DNA of 64,000 nt, taken from sequence record CP132319.1; one strand, 5' to 3'. This stretch comes from a plasmid. The notes under the pieces were generated by a model that did no database searches, had not been told where the DNA came from, and saw only the letters and a program-made list of their open reading frames with translations. The position numbers and the translations under genes were made by a program. Shown one piece after another: positions 20,098-32,585 of the stretch (positions within the stretch are counted from its first letter, which is position 1; every line of letters begins with the position of its first letter).

Positions 20098-20109
20098 GTC
20101 AGCCTCCCG

Positions 20110-21573
20110 TTAAATTGCGCCGTCATAGGTGATGAACGACATCATACCCGTCGCCATATGGTAGAGGTGGTGGCAATGCAGCGGCCAGCGACCCTGGTTT
20201 ATCGCATCGAAGGCGATGGTAACCTGGGTCATGGGCGGAAGGACCACAGTGTCGCGCACCGCGCCTGTCAGTTTCTTTCCGTTGATCTCGACGACCTGGA
20301 AATGGTGACCATGCAGGTGCATAGGGTGAGCCATCATCGACATGTTGTGCATCGATATCTGTACTCGCTGCCCCTTGGCGACACTCAGCGGCTCCGTCTC
20401 TCCGATACGCCAAGTGTACTTCGCCATGTCGCCAGTGAGCATCAAAGTGTATTGACGATCAGGAGGACGGACCGCCAGCGGCGTCAGGCTCAGGAACTGC
20501 TGCTCCAGTGCGAGGTCGAGGACGGGACCCTTTTCCGTGCCCAGGGCATCGATTTTGTCCACTTGGGCGTCGGCGGTGGCAAGGACGATGCCTGTTCGTT
20601 CCTTGGCTCCTTCGCGCAGGGCCAAAATGGGAAAAGTGCCCGGTCCGGCGGGCAGTTTCACTCTGATATCGACGCGCTGGCCCATGGAAACAGGGAAGCG
20701 ACGTCCGACGATTGGGACGATATCTATTCCGTCGACTGCAATCAGCTCACCGTCGACGGAGCCTGTGTCGATGGTGAAGGCCGTCGCTGTGGCACCATTG
20801 ATGATGCGCAATCGGACTCGGCCACCCTTCTCCACCTGAACAACCTCGGGATCATCAAGGGTCCGGTCGTTGGCGAGATAGGCGTCGTATTCGATGTCGT
20901 TGAGGTCCATGGTCTGCATGTCCATCGTCGGCATCGCCGTGGCTGCATCACCATCCATCGGCATCTGGTGACCGGCATGCTTGTTCGTCAGGATGGTCGA
21001 CATGTCGCCATGGTCCATCAACATCCCCTGCGCAGACCCTTCAGACTGGAGGCCCGCCAGCAACTCTTCGGGCGATCTGAACGAAAAATCATGGAGGAGG
21101 ACCACCACTTCCTGTTCGTCAGTTGCCCGATCTCCGGCGGTACGTACAATCAAAGGTGCCGCCAAAAGGCTCTGTTCCTGAAGGGTGTGGGCATGCATCC
21201 AGTGGGTGCCGCCGTTGCCAACGGGGAAATCGTACAGTCTGGTTTCTTTCGCGTTCAAAAGCGCCGCAGGATTGTCAGGAACTCCATCCATACTCCATGG
21301 AGGCGTTAGCCCATGCCAGTGGATCAAGGTTTCCTCTGCTGTTTCATTGAGGAGGCGGACATTGAACTGTGTTTCCGCGTCCAGGACGAGTCCTGCTCCG
21401 CCGTTGCGGTTCGTGAGCCCGAACACGGATGCAGGCTTACCGTTCACTTCAAGCACACGTTTTCCGATAATCAAGTCGGTCACGGGTGCGCTGGCTCGGG
21501 CGACGGCGGCACCCAGTGGAGAAATTGCCGCTGCGCCGATGGCCAGCGTTTTCAAAAAATGTCGACGATGCAT
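20110..21573 (-). CDS. copA: CopA/PcoA-type multicopper oxidase with Tat signal and Met-rich insert
   Basis: MHRRHFLKTLAIGAAA Tat motif; HWHGL, HPMHLHGHHFQVV, HCHHLYHMATGMM; Met-rich segment MPMDGDAATAMPTMDMQTMD. Confidence 0.85.
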   Translation of the reverse strand: MHRRHFLKTLAIGAAAISPLGAAVARASAPVTDLIIGKRVLEVNGKPASVFGLTNRNGGAGLVLDAETQFNVRLLNETAEETLIHWHGLTPPWSMDGVPDNPAALLNAKETRLYDFPVGNGGTHWMHAHTLQEQSLLAAPLIVRTAGDRATDEQEVVVLLHDFSFRSPEELLAGLQSEGSAQGMLMDHGDMSTILTNKHAGHQMPMDGDAATAMPTMDMQTMDLNDIEYDAYLANDRTLDDPEVVQVEKGGRVRLRIINGATATAFTIDTGSVDGELIAVDGIDIVPIVGRRFPVSMGQRVDIRVKLPAGPGTFPILALREGAKERTGIVLATADAQVDKIDALGTEKGPVLDLALEQQFLSLTPLAVRPPDRQYTLMLTGDMAKYTWRIGETEPLSVAKGQRVQISMHNMSMMAHPMHLHGHHFQVVEINGKKLTGAVRDTVVLPPMTQVTIAFDAINQGRWPLHCHHLYHMATGMMSFITYDGAI

Positions 21574-21646
21574 GGTGTCTCTCTCGATCTCGGTCGGCAT
21601 GCCGACCATGTTGTTGATGATTGTGCCGCGCGTGGGCACGAGGTCG

Positions 21647-21997
21647 TCAGGCAACAGATCGAGGGGGTTCAAACCCAGGTGAGGGGACATGCCCTGAAAG
21701 GCGCACCAGCCAATGTATTTGTGGGCGAGCGGAAAACGGCGCTCTTATCTCTGGGATTGAATCGGCAATCGTCGTAAGGCAGACCGGGCAAGGGGAGCTG
21801 CAGCAAGTCTTGTCATTGAGCGCATCATTTGACTTCGCCGCACGGTGGTGATCCTGCTCATGCACGACGGCTGAACTTTGTGCGCTATAACATGTGTGGG
21901 CGACGGCGTGCGAAACAGGCGCGCTTGAGAAGATTGCGGCGGCGATTAGCGCTACCACAACCCTCCAGAAGCCCGATCTCTTGTCACACCAGCTCAT
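21647..21997 (-). CDS. Small membrane-anchored Cys-rich protein (member 3 of the paralog family), first gene of the MCO-ATPase operon
   Basis: N-terminal TM; CCSSPCPVCL cluster; C-terminal ...GFEPPRSVA. Confidence 0.5.
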   Translation of the reverse strand: MSWCDKRSGFWRVVVALIAAAIFSSAPVSHAVAHTCYSAQSSAVVHEQDHHRAAKSNDALNDKTCCSSPCPVCLTTIADSIPEIRAPFSARPQIHWLVRLSGHVPSPGFEPPRSVA

Positions 21998-22092
21998 TGC
22001 TCAACTCGCCTTCGCCCACATTGAACGTTACTCGTTCAAGCCCTGCTGACATTGATCTCTGTCAACACAGCCGCTCGTACGGTCATCCTGCG

Positions 22093-22116
22093 CCTTCCAA
22101 CAGTGGGAAGGTCAAG
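22093..22116 (-). promoter_or_regulatory. MerR(CueR/HmrR)-type operator/promoter: -35 TTGACC plus dyad CCTTCCAACAGTGGGAAGG
   Basis: Near-perfect 7-bp dyad with TTGACC on the minus strand, 19-nt spacer geometry; upstream of the Cys-rich-MCO-ATPase operon. Confidence 0.6.
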
Positions 22117-22388
22117 AGGTTTTTTGAATATTGCGCTTTCATCCCCGTCTGGCCGCAGGGCACTCCGAGGTGATTTACCACTGTTCGGTTATAATTGGGG
22201 CGATCCTGCATCTATGACGCAGTTCGGTCATAAGCCTCTGCCAGCTAGCAATGGACGTGAACTCTTGGACAAGGTTTCCCCAGCGATGATGAGGTAGCAA
22301 GTCCAGCGTTTTTTCAACGGAATGGCAACCGCTATCGCACCGGTTTATTCAATCCACGACATACCTGAGCGTTGGCGCAGAGGCTTAA

Positions 22389-22952
22389 ATGGCAAAACAC
22401 ATCCCGAAAGTGAGCCACATGTCGCGATGTCTGGGGACTGTCGCTGTGCTTGTGCTCTGCGTCACGCTTGCTGAAGCCGCGGCCAACGTGGGCAGCGTTG
22501 TCGTCAATCGCCAGCGGGACATGAAGGAAATTGCGGTGGCGGCGAAAACCATTGCCGCGATGTTCAAGGCACCCGATACGTATTCGTCAGCTACCTTCGG
22601 AGAAGCGGCGAGCACGGTTAGCGAGCGGGCGGGTCAGCGATTGACCGATCATTTCGGCGTGATCGGAGCCGCAGAAGGGTCGAAAGTAACCGAGGCACTT
22701 ACGACCGATTATGATCGATTTGAAAAACTGGCTGCCGATCTCAAGGCCTATGCAGAGGTATTGGCCAAGGCTGCTGACGAACACCCGAATGCCATGACGG
22801 ACGATATGCGGATGAACGAGGGGGAGCTTATGGAAGGTGGCATTCTAGGTTCCCGGAAAAAGATCGATGCATCCGCGATGTCGGCGGAACATGCATTCCA
22901 TATGATGTTGCAGACCTGCACGTCGTGCCACTCGAAATTCCGCGCGAAGTAG
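22389..22952 (+). CDS. Cytochrome c' (class II, four-helix bundle, C-terminal CxxCH)
   Basis: Signal peptide; single heme motif CTSCH about 10 residues from the C-terminus; about 180 aa helical. Confidence 0.7.
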   Translation: MAKHIPKVSHMSRCLGTVAVLVLCVTLAEAAANVGSVVVNRQRDMKEIAVAAKTIAAMFKAPDTYSSATFGEAASTVSERAGQRLTDHFGVIGAAEGSKVTEALTTDYDRFEKLAADLKAYAEVLAKAADEHPNAMTDDMRMNEGELMEGGILGSRKKIDASAMSAEHAFHMMLQTCTSCHSKFRAK

Positions 22953-22998
22953 CGCGACTCCTTTGAGGAGCCGACAACCTTCATTCGGATGCCGGTCG

Positions 22999-23439
22999 TC
23001 AAATCGCGTGAACACCGAACTTGGCGTCGATTCCTGGAAGATCGTTGTCGGGGGCTTTGGCGATTTCGTCGATGATCGGACAGTCGGGCCGCTCGTCACC
23101 ATGGCAATTGTGCGCCAGGTGCTTGAGTGTTCTGGACATCGCCTGGATAGCCGCAGCCTTCCTCTCAAGCTCGGCAACATGTTCAAGCGCGATGGCTTTG
23201 ACATCCGCGCTACTGCGGGATTTATCGCGCCAGAGGGTGAGGAGGGTCTTCATCTGCTCAACTGAGAACCCCAGGTCCCGGGACCTGCGGATGAACTTCA
23301 GTGTGTGGATGTCGTTCTCGCTGTAGGTTCGATAGCTCGATTCCGTGCGGTGGGCAGGCGCGATGAGTTTGATCTGTTCGTAGTAGCGGATCATTTTGGA
23401 CGAGACGCCGCTCGCCTTGGACGCTTCTCCGATGTTCAT
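22999..23439 (-). CDS. hmrR: MerR-family Cu-responsive regulator (HmrR/CueR-like)
   Basis: N-terminal HTH MNIGEASKASGVSSKMIRYYE; C-terminal metal-binding Cys pair ...HNCHGDERPDCPII; immediately downstream of actP as in Rhizobium/Sinorhizobium. Confidence 0.8.
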   Translation of the reverse strand: MNIGEASKASGVSSKMIRYYEQIKLIAPAHRTESSYRTYSENDIHTLKFIRRSRDLGFSVEQMKTLLTLWRDKSRSSADVKAIALEHVAELERKAAAIQAMSRTLKHLAHNCHGDERPDCPIIDEIAKAPDNDLPGIDAKFGVHAI

Positions 23440-23485
23440 TTCTTGTCTCCCTATTGAGTAGGGCTGCCCATAGGACAGCCTATAA

Positions 23486-25963
<2,478 letters not shown>

Positions 25964-26001
25964 CGAAGGAATCCTTTTCCTAACTGCATAGATAGGTAAG
26001 G

Positions 26002-26024
26002 CTTCCAAAGATGGTAAGGTCAAG
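26002..26024 (-). promoter_or_regulatory. MerR(HmrR)-type promoter of actP: -35 TTGACC plus imperfect dyad CCTTACCATCTTTGGAAGCC
   Basis: Same architecture as the boxes at 22093 and 27041, but a degenerate dyad; about 40 nt upstream of the actP start. Confidence 0.5.
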
Positions 26025-26802
26025 CGTTTCTTTGGGGAAATCGGTCCCTTGGGAAAATGGGGCCGCTCCCGACCCGTTTGGACCGGTTCTGGATCAACCA
26101 ACTTCCTTGGACGTGATCGACATACTGTTCTCGCAATGTCCGGCGATCATTTGTCGGCTCGACTAGGCGTCTCGTGGTGAACTGAACGTTCCGTCACTAG
26201 CTCGAGGTTGGTTTCGTGCTGACGAGAGGGAGCGGAGTCCGCTCCTGAAGCAGAGGTCATCGTGTTCATCCTCAACGCTGCACGGCAAGACAGCGCCTTC
26301 ATGGGTGTGTAGCGAAACCTTAGCTTGTATTTTCCCTATCGGAAGGAGCGGTAATTTTTCCACAGTATTAAGCTAAATTTTTCATTAAATTTTAGCGAGG
26401 CGACATATGTGGCTTTTTGTGCCTATCGGCGCAGAAATTGAGAGCGGATTGAAGGGCTGAAACTACTCGCCGGTCTGCTTTACCGAGCATCTGACCACCA
26501 GAGCAGAACTCAGCTTGTAAATCAGGGCTACTGTAAAGGAGCACCGAGGCAGCAATTACAAAGTAGCGAGTGCATGCATACCGACCAACGTAGCGATCAT
26601 ACACGCTGCGATGAATCCTAGCACCGCCAGACACCGATTTGCCTTGCGGACAATGTTCGGCCGGGCCCGGCGTTTTGGACGCGGACGATGGGGCGGAATC
26701 AACTGGCCACCTTGCCGAAATTTTTTCTTACCGCCGGTCGTGGCAACGCCCTCGCGCCAGAATGAAGACGAGCTGCGGGGTTGGCGCAGCTCGTCCAATC
26801 GA

Positions 26803-27003
26803 TCACTTCGAGAGTGACGGCGTGTAACCCGCGTCAGTGATCGATGCGCTGATCACCTCCGTCGCAACACTGGTTTCTATCGTCACTGTCCTGGTGCCAA
26901 GATCGATTTTGGCGATGGCGTCGGGATCGACTGCCTTTATCGCCTTGTCGACTGAGCCCACACAGTGGCCGCACGTCATATCGGGAACATCGAACTTAAT
27001 CAT
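26803..27003 (-). CDS. copZ: CopZ-like HMA-domain copper chaperone
   Basis: MIKFDVPDMTCGHCVGSV metal-binding motif; 66 aa; RBS GGAGACCTCC. Confidence 0.85.
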   Translation of the reverse strand: MIKFDVPDMTCGHCVGSVDKAIKAVDPDAIAKIDLGTRTVTIETSVATEVISASITDAGYTPSLSK

Positions 27004-27040
27004 GGGAGGTCTCCAATTGCTTTGACTGACCGAATGTGGG

Positions 27041-27063
27041 GCTTCCAACAATGGGAAGGTCAA
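27041..27063 (-). promoter_or_regulatory. MerR(CueR/HmrR)-type operator/promoter: -35 TTGACC plus dyad CTTCCAACAATGGGAAGG, upstream of copZ
   Basis: Almost identical to the box at 22093; TTGACC on the minus strand. Confidence 0.6.
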
Positions 27064-27154
27064 GGGGGGCTGGAAAATTTCCGCGTTAGTCCGTCGCGCC
27101 TGTTCGTGTAATAGCCTACTTCACAGCGAACGTTCCCTGTGACAGAGTCGGCAT

Positions 27155-27517
27155 ATGGTTGTCATCGCGGCGCTCCGGCGCGTCCTTTTGCTGTTTGCTG
27201 TACTGGGGTTGCTGTTCGCCCCGGCCGCTATCGGCATGGCGATGGCCGCGATGAATCCCGATGCTGGCGCGCAGATGGAGATGGATGGCGACGCGGATAT
27301 GCCGTGCTGCCCAGACGAGCAACCGATCAAGAAGTTCGATTGCGGCAAACCATGCCCGCTGGCTTTGATATGCTCGACCAGTCTCGTCGTGAATTTCGGC
27401 TCCAATGCCGACTGGAAGGTTCTCGTCACCATGCGGAACCTGACGTTCTCGCTCCCCAGCGATAACGACCTCCTATCAACCTTCGCTGAACCACCCACTC
27501 GCCCGCCAAGGGCGTAA
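27155..27517 (+). CDS. Small membrane-anchored Cys-rich protein (member 4 of the paralog family)
   Basis: N-terminal TM; MPCCPDEQPIKKFDCGKPCPLALIC; C-terminal ...EPPTRPPRA. Confidence 0.5.
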   Translation: MVVIAALRRVLLLFAVLGLLFAPAAIGMAMAAMNPDAGAQMEMDGDADMPCCPDEQPIKKFDCGKPCPLALICSTSLVVNFGSNADWKVLVTMRNLTFSLPSDNDLLSTFAEPPTRPPRA

Positions 27518-27604
27518 TCTCACAGGCTTCCGTATGAGCAGGTTGCGATCTGCCTGAATGTGAACGCATGAGCGACGCTTGCTGCGTCCTCCGGTGAGAT
27601 ATCA

Positions 27605-28006
27605 ATGAAAAACATCCCACAAACTATGCGGCTGCTGACAGCTGTTCTTTTCGTGCCGCTTCTTCCTTACACCGTCTCGGCTGGCTCGGCGAACTATGAG
27701 TTCCATCTGGCTGAGACGTCAGTGGCCCAGGGTCCTGAGGCGGTGGTCACCGTTCTCATCAAAGATAAACGGTCCGGCAAACCCGTGTCAGATGCCGTAA
27801 TCTTCGCCACCCGCCTTGACATGGCCCCTGAGGGGATGGAGGCCATGACCACGACATTGGACCCGCTTCCCTCCGAAGAAGCTGGCGTCTATCGCTTCAA
27901 GGCCAACCTCTCCATGGAAGGAGGATGGCGATTTAAACTGGCCCTAAAGGTCCAAGGTGAATCAGAGACGGTCCAAGGCGAGCTGGTTCTGCAGGCAAAG
28001 CCATGA
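27605..28006 (+). CDS. Periplasmic protein of unknown function preceding cusB (possible metallochaperone)
   Basis: Signal peptide; 133 aa; ATGA overlap with the cusB start. Confidence 0.55.
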   Translation: MKNIPQTMRLLTAVLFVPLLPYTVSAGSANYEFHLAETSVAQGPEAVVTVLIKDKRSGKPVSDAVIFATRLDMAPEGMEAMTTTLDPLPSEEAGVYRFKANLSMEGGWRFKLALKVQGESETVQGELVLQAKP

Positions 28007-29418
28007 GAGTCGGCAGGATTCTTCTCGCTTCGGCCGTGTTGATCGCCGTCGGGGCAGGGACCTATGCGGCTGGCATCAACGGCATCGGTCGAGAGCACGT
28101 CGAACGTTTTGTTTCGTCAAGCGTAGGGTCTCCGCCTGCAAGAAAACAGGCAACGGGCAAAGTGATCTATTTCCGGCATCCAGATGGGCTGCCGGAATAT
28201 TCCGCCGTTCCGAGGCAAACACCAGACGGCCGGTCATTTCTTGAGGTGCGTCAAAGCGAGGACGTCAGCTTCGACGCGGTCCAACAGGAAAATGAAAATG
28301 CGATAGAGGCGACCGAGCGCAAGGTCCTATACTACCGCAATCCCATGGGCCTCGCTGACACATCGCCGGTTCCAAAGAAGGACTCCATGGGGATGGATTA
28401 CCTTCCGGTCTACGAGGGCGAGCAGCTTAAAGATGGCGAGCTACGAGTGCCTCTGGGCAAGCTGCAGAAAACCGGCGTCAGAACAGCCACGGTCGAACGG
28501 CAGAAAATCTCGCGTCGCGTGAGGGTTCCGGGCACAGTGCAGTTCGATGAGCGACGCGTCCAGTTCGTCTCAATGCGGACAGATGCATTCATAGACAACG
28601 TTGCGAACGTCACAACCGGTGACCGGATAAAGGCCGCTGACCACCTCTTCTCGTTCTACTCCGGCGATATCGCCCGGGCAGCTGCGGAGTATGCGGCATC
28701 CGTCCGAGCAGGTATCGGAGGTAAGGGCATCGATGGGGTGAGGCAACAGCTTCGCAACCTGGGGCTTCAGGACAGAACCATCGACATTATCGCCAAGGAA
28801 GGCGTCGTGCCTCGCTCCTTAGAGTATTACGCCCCTACCGATGGCGTCATTCTCGAACGACCAGCGCTCCCAGGCATGATGGCCGAAGCTGGTGATGCTC
28901 TATTCCGGATCGTCGACAACTCGGTGGTCTGGGTTATTGCCGATGTGCCGGAGTCTGACCTTGCTACCATCAAGGTCGGTCAACCCGTTTCGGTCAGATT
29001 CCCGAACTTCGCGGGCAAGGTCGTCCAAAGCACAGTCGCTCTTGTCTACCCGGACCTGCAAACACGGACCAGAACAGCAAAAGTTCGGATAGAGATTGCG
29101 AACCCTCAGGGCACGCTACTGGCAAACATGTTTGCCGAGGTAGAGGTGGAAACCGGTGCAGATGCACCGGTCGTCGCGATCCCAGGATCTGCGGTCGTTG
29201 ATACCGGAAGTCGCCGGTTGGTGTTCGTAGATAAAGGGGAGGGACGGTTCGAAACGCGCGACGTGAAAATCGGTGCGCGCGGGAATGATACCGTCGAAAT
29301 TACGGAAGGGGTTGACGTCGGAGACCGTGTCGTCACGGCAGCAAATTTCCTTTTGGACGCCGAAAGTAACCTGACGTCGGCTCTCAACTCTCTCGCAGCC
29401 ACGGAAGGCAAGCCATGA
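28003..29418 (+). CDS. cusB: Heavy-metal RND efflux periplasmic adaptor (CusB-like, HlyD family)
   Basis: N-terminal TM; repeated YxRxPMG...D region typical of the CusB N-terminus; beta-barrel/lipoyl domains; overlaps cusA. Confidence 0.85.
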   Translation: MRVGRILLASAVLIAVGAGTYAAGINGIGREHVERFVSSSVGSPPARKQATGKVIYFRHPDGLPEYSAVPRQTPDGRSFLEVRQSEDVSFDAVQQENENAIEATERKVLYYRNPMGLADTSPVPKKDSMGMDYLPVYEGEQLKDGELRVPLGKLQKTGVRTATVERQKISRRVRVPGTVQFDERRVQFVSMRTDAFIDNVANVTTGDRIKAADHLFSFYSGDIARAAAEYAASVRAGIGGKGIDGVRQQLRNLGLQDRTIDIIAKEGVVPRSLEYYAPTDGVILERPALPGMMAEAGDALFRIVDNSVVWVIADVPESDLATIKVGQPVSVRFPNFAGKVVQSTVALVYPDLQTRTRTAKVRIEIANPQGTLLANMFAEVEVETGADAPVVAIPGSAVVDTGSRRLVFVDKGEGRFETRDVKIGARGNDTVEITEGVDVGDRVVTAANFLLDAESNLTSALNSLAATEGKP

Positions 29419-32400
29419 TCGCAAACCTGATCGCCTGGTCCGCTCGCAATCTCGTGCTGATTTTCGTTGGTGCGGGTCTCGCTGTTGCGGCAGGCGTCTA
29501 CTCCCTCAGGACACTTCCCCTGGACGCGATACCCGATCTGTCGGATGTTCAGGTCATCGTCTACACCGATTACCCGGGGCAAGCGCCACAGGTCGTCGAA
29601 GATCAGGTCACCTATCCGCTGACGACGTCGATGTTGAGCGTACCGCGCTCCAAGGTCGTGAGAGGCTTCTCCTTCTTTGGCGTTTCGTTTGTCTACGTCA
29701 TTTTCGAGGATGGCACCGATCCTTATTGGGCGCGCAGCCGAGTCCTGGAATACCTGAACGCTGCCGCCAGCCGTCTTCCTGGCAACGTCGCGCCGAGCCT
29801 TGGTCCCGACGCGACCGGTGTGGGCTGGGTTTATCAGTATGCGTTAATTGCCAAGGAGCTGTCGCTCGCCGAGCTTCGCTCCCTGCAGGACTGGGTGGTC
29901 AAGTTCGGGTTGGCCAAAGCCGATGGCGTTTCCGAGGTGGCCAGTGTCGGTGGCTTCGTGAAGCAGTATTCGGTCGTCATTGATCCAATTCGTCTTCGGG
30001 CACAAGGAATTACGCTCAAGCAGGTGACCGACGCTATTCGCGCCAGTAATCGCGATGTGGGTGGCCGGACGGTCGAACTGTCCGAATTCGAGTTTATGGT
30101 GCGAGGAAAAGGCTACCTGCAGGGCGGCTCTGACATCGAGAACATCGTTCTGGCGACTGAGATGGGTGCGCCACTTCGTCTAAGGGACGTTGCTCGCGTT
30201 GAAATTGTTCCGGACGAGCGGCGTGGCATTGCGGAGCTGAACGGGGAGGGCGAAGTTGCAAGCGGTATCGTTCTTCAGCGCTTCGGTTCGAATGCGTTGT
30301 CTGTGATCGAGGGCGTTAAGGAGAACCTCGCCGACATCAAGAAGAGTCTGCCGGAAGGCACTGACATCGTGCCCGTTTATGACCGGTCGCAACTGATTGA
30401 AGCCGCCATCGAGACGTTGAAAGTTACGTTGATCGAGGAATCGATAGTGGTCGCGCTGGTGACGATTGCCTTCCTGCTCCACGTGCGAAGTGCATTGGTC
30501 GCGATCATCATGCTGCCGGTCGGGATTCTCATGGCCTTTGTCGCCATGCGGGCGTTGGGCATTGGCGCAAACATCATGAGCCTGGGCGGTATCGCGATTG
30601 CCATCGGTGCCATGATCGATGCCGCCATCGTCATGATCGAAAACGCGCACAAGCATCTTGAACGTGCACCGCCTGACAGGAAGAGGACTGAGGTCCTGAT
30701 CGCGGCGGCGAGCGAAGTCGGTCCGGCTCTATTCTTCAGCCTCCTCATCATCACGGTATCCTTCCTGCCGATCTTCACCCTGGAATCCCAGGAGGGCCGC
30801 CTCTTCGGTCCCTTGGCGTTCACGAAGACCTTCGCTATGGCAGCCGCAGCGCTGCTGTCGGTCACGCTCGTTCCGGCCCTGATGGTTGTTTTCGTCCGAG
30901 GAAAGATTGTTTCCGAACACCGAAATCCGCTAAACCGGTGCCTGATCTGGGTCTATCGCCCGATCATCACGGGAGTATTGAGGGCCAAGGTGGTCACCAT
31001 TCTGTTGGCCGTCGTCGCATTGGCAGTCACGATCTGGCCTGCGCGCCAAATCGGAACCGAGTTCATGCCGAGCCTGAACGAGGGCACGCTGATGTACATG
31101 CCGACGACACTGCCCGGTCTGTCCGTCACCAAGGCAGCTGAACTGATGCAGACCCAGGACAGGATCATCAAGTCCTTTCCAGAAGTGGAAACCGTGTTCG
31201 GAAAGGCGGGGCGGGCACTGACCGCGACCGATCCGGCCCCGACCGAAATGTTCGAGACGATCATTGCGCTCAAGCCGAAATCGGGGTGGCGGCCTGGTGT
31301 GACTATAGACAGCCTTAAGCAGGAGATGGACGCGGCGCTCCAGTTCCCCGGCGTCTCCAATGCCTGGACCATGCCGATCCGGGCGCGTATCGACATGCTC
31401 TCGACGGGCATACGCACGCCTGTCGGGGTGAAAGTGTTCGGAACCGATCTCAAGGAAATGGAGCGTATCGCGCGCGACATTGAGACCGTCCTGAAGGCAG
31501 TTCCCGGAACATCGAGCGCATATGCGGAACGTGTAATCGGGGGATACTACCTCGACATCATTCCGGATCGCATAGCCCTCGGAAGATACGGGTTGACCGT
31601 GGGCGACGTTCAGGAGGTCATCGGCATTGCCCTTGGGGCCGAGGTCGTGACATCCACGGTCGAGGGGCGCGAGCGATATGGTGTGGCCGTCCGCTATCCA
31701 CGGGCGTTCAGGAGCGATCCTCAAGCAATCGCGCGCGATGTTCAGGTCGATGTCCCCACTGGTGGGTCAGTCCCTCTTGGGCAGGTCGCAGAGGTGCGTC
31801 TGAGCCGTGGGGCAACAAGCATCAGGACGGAGAACGGTCAGCTCGCCGTTTACGTATTTGTCGACATCGCCGGGCGGGACCTTGGCGGCTACGTGCAAGA
31901 GGCACGAGAGGCGGTGGAAAAAAGCGTCGAGATGCCAGACGGTTATTCCGTCGCCTGGAGCGGCCAGTTCGAATATCTTGAACGGGCAAAGGATAGGCTT
32001 TCCATCGTCGTTCCGCTCACGCTCGCTCTAATTTTCCTTCTTCTCTACCTCAACTTCAGAGCGCTGACCGAAACGCTGATTGTCATGCTCTCGCTACCGT
32101 TCGCGCTCGTCGGGGGTATCTGGCTGATGTGGTGGCTCGGCTTCAATGCTTCCGTTGCGGTCGCCGTTGGGTTCATCGCTCTGGCTGGCGTTGCTGCAGA
32201 AACCGGGGTGATCATGCTGATCTACCTCGACCATGCTCTTCGTGAGAAACAGGAGGCCTGTCAGGTGCAGCGGCGTGCCTTGACCAAAGCGGATTTGCGG
32301 GACGCCATCATGGTCGGTGCGGTTGAGCGAGTGCGACCCAAGATGATGACCGTCGTCGCCATCATGGCTGGTCTGATCCCGATCCTTTGGAGCACCGGGG

Positions 32401-32585
32401 CTGGCTCAGAAATCATGCAACGCATCGCCGTTCCGATGATCGGCGGGATGGTGTCGTCGACCATCCTGACGCTGGTGGTCATTCCTGCCGTCTATGCGCT
32501 CGTGAAGGGATGGCAACTGCCTGCCTCGCCCGTCGAGCAAATCGAACAATCCAATCAAAATCTAGCCGAAGGAGTTCTCACATGA
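29415..32585 (+). CDS. cusA: CusA/CzcA-family heavy-metal RND efflux pump
   Basis: 1056 aa, 12-TM RND architecture; conserved stretch GIGANIMSLGGIAIAIGAMIDAAIVMIENAHKHLE. Confidence 0.9.
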   Translation: MIANLIAWSARNLVLIFVGAGLAVAAGVYSLRTLPLDAIPDLSDVQVIVYTDYPGQAPQVVEDQVTYPLTTSMLSVPRSKVVRGFSFFGVSFVYVIFEDGTDPYWARSRVLEYLNAAASRLPGNVAPSLGPDATGVGWVYQYALIAKELSLAELRSLQDWVVKFGLAKADGVSEVASVGGFVKQYSVVIDPIRLRAQGITLKQVTDAIRASNRDVGGRTVELSEFEFMVRGKGYLQGGSDIENIVLATEMGAPLRLRDVARVEIVPDERRGIAELNGEGEVASGIVLQRFGSNALSVIEGVKENLADIKKSLPEGTDIVPVYDRSQLIEAAIETLKVTLIEESIVVALVTIAFLLHVRSALVAIIMLPVGILMAFVAMRALGIGANIMSLGGIAIAIGAMIDAAIVMIENAHKHLERAPPDRKRTEVLIAAASEVGPALFFSLLIITVSFLPIFTLESQEGRLFGPLAFTKTFAMAAAALLSVTLVPALMVVFVRGKIVSEHRNPLNRCLIWVYRPIITGVLRAKVVTILLAVVALAVTIWPARQIGTEFMPSLNEGTLMYMPTTLPGLSVTKAAELMQTQDRIIKSFPEVETVFGKAGRALTATDPAPTEMFETIIALKPKSGWRPGVTIDSLKQEMDAALQFPGVSNAWTMPIRARIDMLSTGIRTPVGVKVFGTDLKEMERIARDIETVLKAVPGTSSAYAERVIGGYYLDIIPDRIALGRYGLTVGDVQEVIGIALGAEVVTSTVEGRERYGVAVRYPRAFRSDPQAIARDVQVDVPTGGSVPLGQVAEVRLSRGATSIRTENGQLAVYVFVDIAGRDLGGYVQEAREAVEKSVEMPDGYSVAWSGQFEYLERAKDRLSIVVPLTLALIFLLLYLNFRALTETLIVMLSLPFALVGGIWLMWWLGFNASVAVAVGFIALAGVAAETGVIMLIYLDHALREKQEACQVQRRALTKADLRDAIMVGAVERVRPKMMTVVAIMAGLIPILWSTGAGSEIMQRIAVPMIGGMVSSTILTLVVIPAVYALVKGWQLPASPVEQIEQSNQNLAEGVLT

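Noticed and set aside
20041-21309. 422-aa plus-strand ORF
   Set aside because: It is antisense to the multicopper oxidase at 20110-21573, which has all copper-site motifs.
30180-31724. Minus-strand ORFs of 158-264 aa inside cusA
   Set aside because: They are antisense to a well-supported 1056-aa RND pump gene and have no motifs; GC-rich frame artefacts.
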